This document shows, piece by piece, positions 62,191-64,000 of a stretch of 64,000 nucleotides of DNA. The number at the start of each line of letters is the position of its first letter. Positions within the stretch are counted from its first letter, which is position 1. The notes under the pieces are model-generated. The model was not told where the DNA came from, did no database searches, and was given only the letters and a program-made list of their open reading frames with translations. The DNA lies in NCBI RefSeq assembly GCF_035594765.1, contig NC_085843.1:264159971-264223970 (forward strand), in the 5' to 3' direction. Source of the DNA: Anolis carolinensis. Its lineage: Eukaryota. Both the position numbers and the translations under genes were made by a program.

Positions 62191-62860
62191 TATTTTTAAA
62201 TGGCCAAGGCATGTTGAAAGCTGCTTAAGACATCTGACTTCTTTTGCTCAGCTGGTATATTCCCAGTCTCAGTTTAAAGTAGCTATGTAGCCCTGCTCCC
62301 AGATATTATTTTAGGGGAGGATGAATCGCAGTTTTTATACCGGAGATGCTGGGCATTTCTTCTGAGAGTATTTCTTGAACCATAAGAGGATTGGAATGGC
62401 ACATACCCCAAGGAAAGCCTTTATAATTCCTTTTTGGAAAGAGGAGATTATTCCTTTCAGAGCTAGGAAAGTCAGTACATATGAGTCACTCAGGAACTCA
62501 TGAATGAATTTGGTTCCAACATGGAAATACTGACTTTGATTCCAACATCAACTGCAGAATCGTTGAGTGATTTGGGACAAGTCATTCTGTCTTATGCATT
62601 TATAGCATTCTATCTTATGCATTTCTAGCTTGAGGGCTGCATGGGGGACCGGAGCAGGGTGGGCAGGCTGAGAGGGAGGGGTTCTCCTGAAGTCTCCTCC
62701 CTGCCCTTTCCTTCCATTCTTCTTTTTATTTGGAGGCAGATAGTGAAGGAAAGACAGGAAACGTTTGGATCCTAAAAGGATTAGCCTTGGTCAGGATATG
62801 ATAGTGGACAGGAGATAAAAAGTGTATTCATTAAACCCCGTATTGCCTACTCCTGATGTA

Positions 62861-63228
62861 CAATCCTAGAGCTGGAAGACACCCCAAGAGCTATCCAGTC
62901 TAACCCTTTGCTATGCAGGAAGGCACAATCAAAGCACTCCCAAGAGAATGCCTCGGAAAAGCCGCCAGAGAAGGAGAGTCCACCACACTCCAGGGCAGCC
63001 TAGGCTACTCTTCAACAGCTCTTACTCTCTGGAAATTCTTTTTCATCTTTTCAGACAAATCTCTTTCCCTGCCATTTGAACCCATTGCTCTCTTGTGCTC
63101 TGGTCTCTAGAGCAGTAGCAAGCCAGTCTTCCCCCTCCCTCCTCCTCATTGGGACACTCTTTTAAATCTTGAAACATGGTTCTCATATTCCCTCTCTACC
63201 TTCTCTTCTCTTAGCTAAACATCCCCAG
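62861..63228 (-). mobile_element. CR1 3' fragment
   Basis: TAGAGCTGGAAGACACCCCAAG..ATCCAGTCTAACCC..GAAGGAGAGTCCACCACAC..GCTAAACATCCCCAG. Confidence 0.85.
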
Positions 63229-63368
63229 GAGGAAAGGAGGAAGGAAAAAAGAAAGACAGATGGAAGGAAGGAAGGCTGGAAGGGAATGGGGTGGGGGGGG
63301 GGGTGGTAGGGAGGGAAGGAAAGACAAAAGGGAAGGAAGGAAGGAGGGAAAGAGGGAAAGAAGGAAGC
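63229..63368. repeat. (GGAA)n / purine-rich low-complexity tract
   Basis: Directly visible. Confidence 0.9.
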
Positions 63369-64000
63369 TAAATGGAAAGGCAGCTACATGGCTTAAGCTC
63401 TACTCATTTAAAAGTATCTGGCATCACATCTGATATAGCAGGATGGTTTTAAAGGTCTCAAGACAAGCTGTGTGTGGCATACAACTTTATCGCATGAGAT
63501 AGAAAAACTGGCACTGCAACTGGTGGAATCCTTCCCCTCTTTCATTATTCCAAAGCTTTCCATTTTCCCTTTCTATTTTACAGTTGTTTTTCCTTTTTAG
63601 GCAAAATACTTACCTTAAACAGGTCCCTAGTGCAATAATGGCTTATGTTCATACAGATATACTATAATAGGCTTCTTCCCATATGAATGAGGAACACATT
63701 CATTCAGTATTTTTTTTCACTTGTGTGGAGGAGGCCTGAATTATATGTTTCGATATTCCACAGATGAAATCTGGAACACATATGGCGAAGCAACATTTGA
63801 TTATGGTCCAGATAGCAAACATTATTCACAGGGAAGATAACACAAGGTAGCAATTTACTTTTGCCAGAATCTCAAGGGAACTTTTATTCTTCCCTTTGCT
63901 AATGTAATTGAATGCAAACTACTTTTGCAATTTGAATACTATTTGCAGCATTTGAAGGAAGTTAAAGACAAAGGGGAAAAAGTTGAAGAAGAAAAGACAG

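Noticed and set aside
1-64000. Short ORFs in the supplied track as host genes
   Set aside because: They are 60-134 aa, many start at non-ATG codons, and none shows a recognisable host domain. The protein-like ones are CR1, L2 or LTR remnants.

Overview
Non-coding, AT-rich, CpG-poor vertebrate DNA, most likely a squamate of the Anolis type (inferred from Sauria SINEs, CR1 tails and the MITE repertoire). I recognise no host protein-coding exon, rRNA, tRNA gene or CRISPR array, so this looks like a large intron or gene desert. The recognisable features are transposable elements: Sauria SINEs, a second tRNA-derived SINE family, CR1 and L2 fragments, Penelope fragments, two Gypsy-type solo LTRs with 5-bp TSDs, hAT, Tc1/mariner and Harbinger-like MITEs, a decayed mariner transposase, and a composite non-autonomous Helitron. 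TE-free blocks between them resemble developmental enhancers. The best leads are: (1) two dissimilar solo LTRs that each carry an acidic ~100-codon frame open from LTR nucleotide 2 and ending in a (K/R)SxR motif; (2) minimal hammerhead-ribozyme motifs in Penelope fragments, one of them inside a Helitron; (3) ZNF143/THAP11-like motifs inside MITEs of different superfamilies; (4) two different hAT elements stacked on one ATCTAGAC target; (5) three apparent templated insertions, one matching sequence ~49 kb away; (6) a CpG-retaining ~97-nt hairpin. Family names come from pattern recognition, not a database search. Boundaries without TSDs are approximate.
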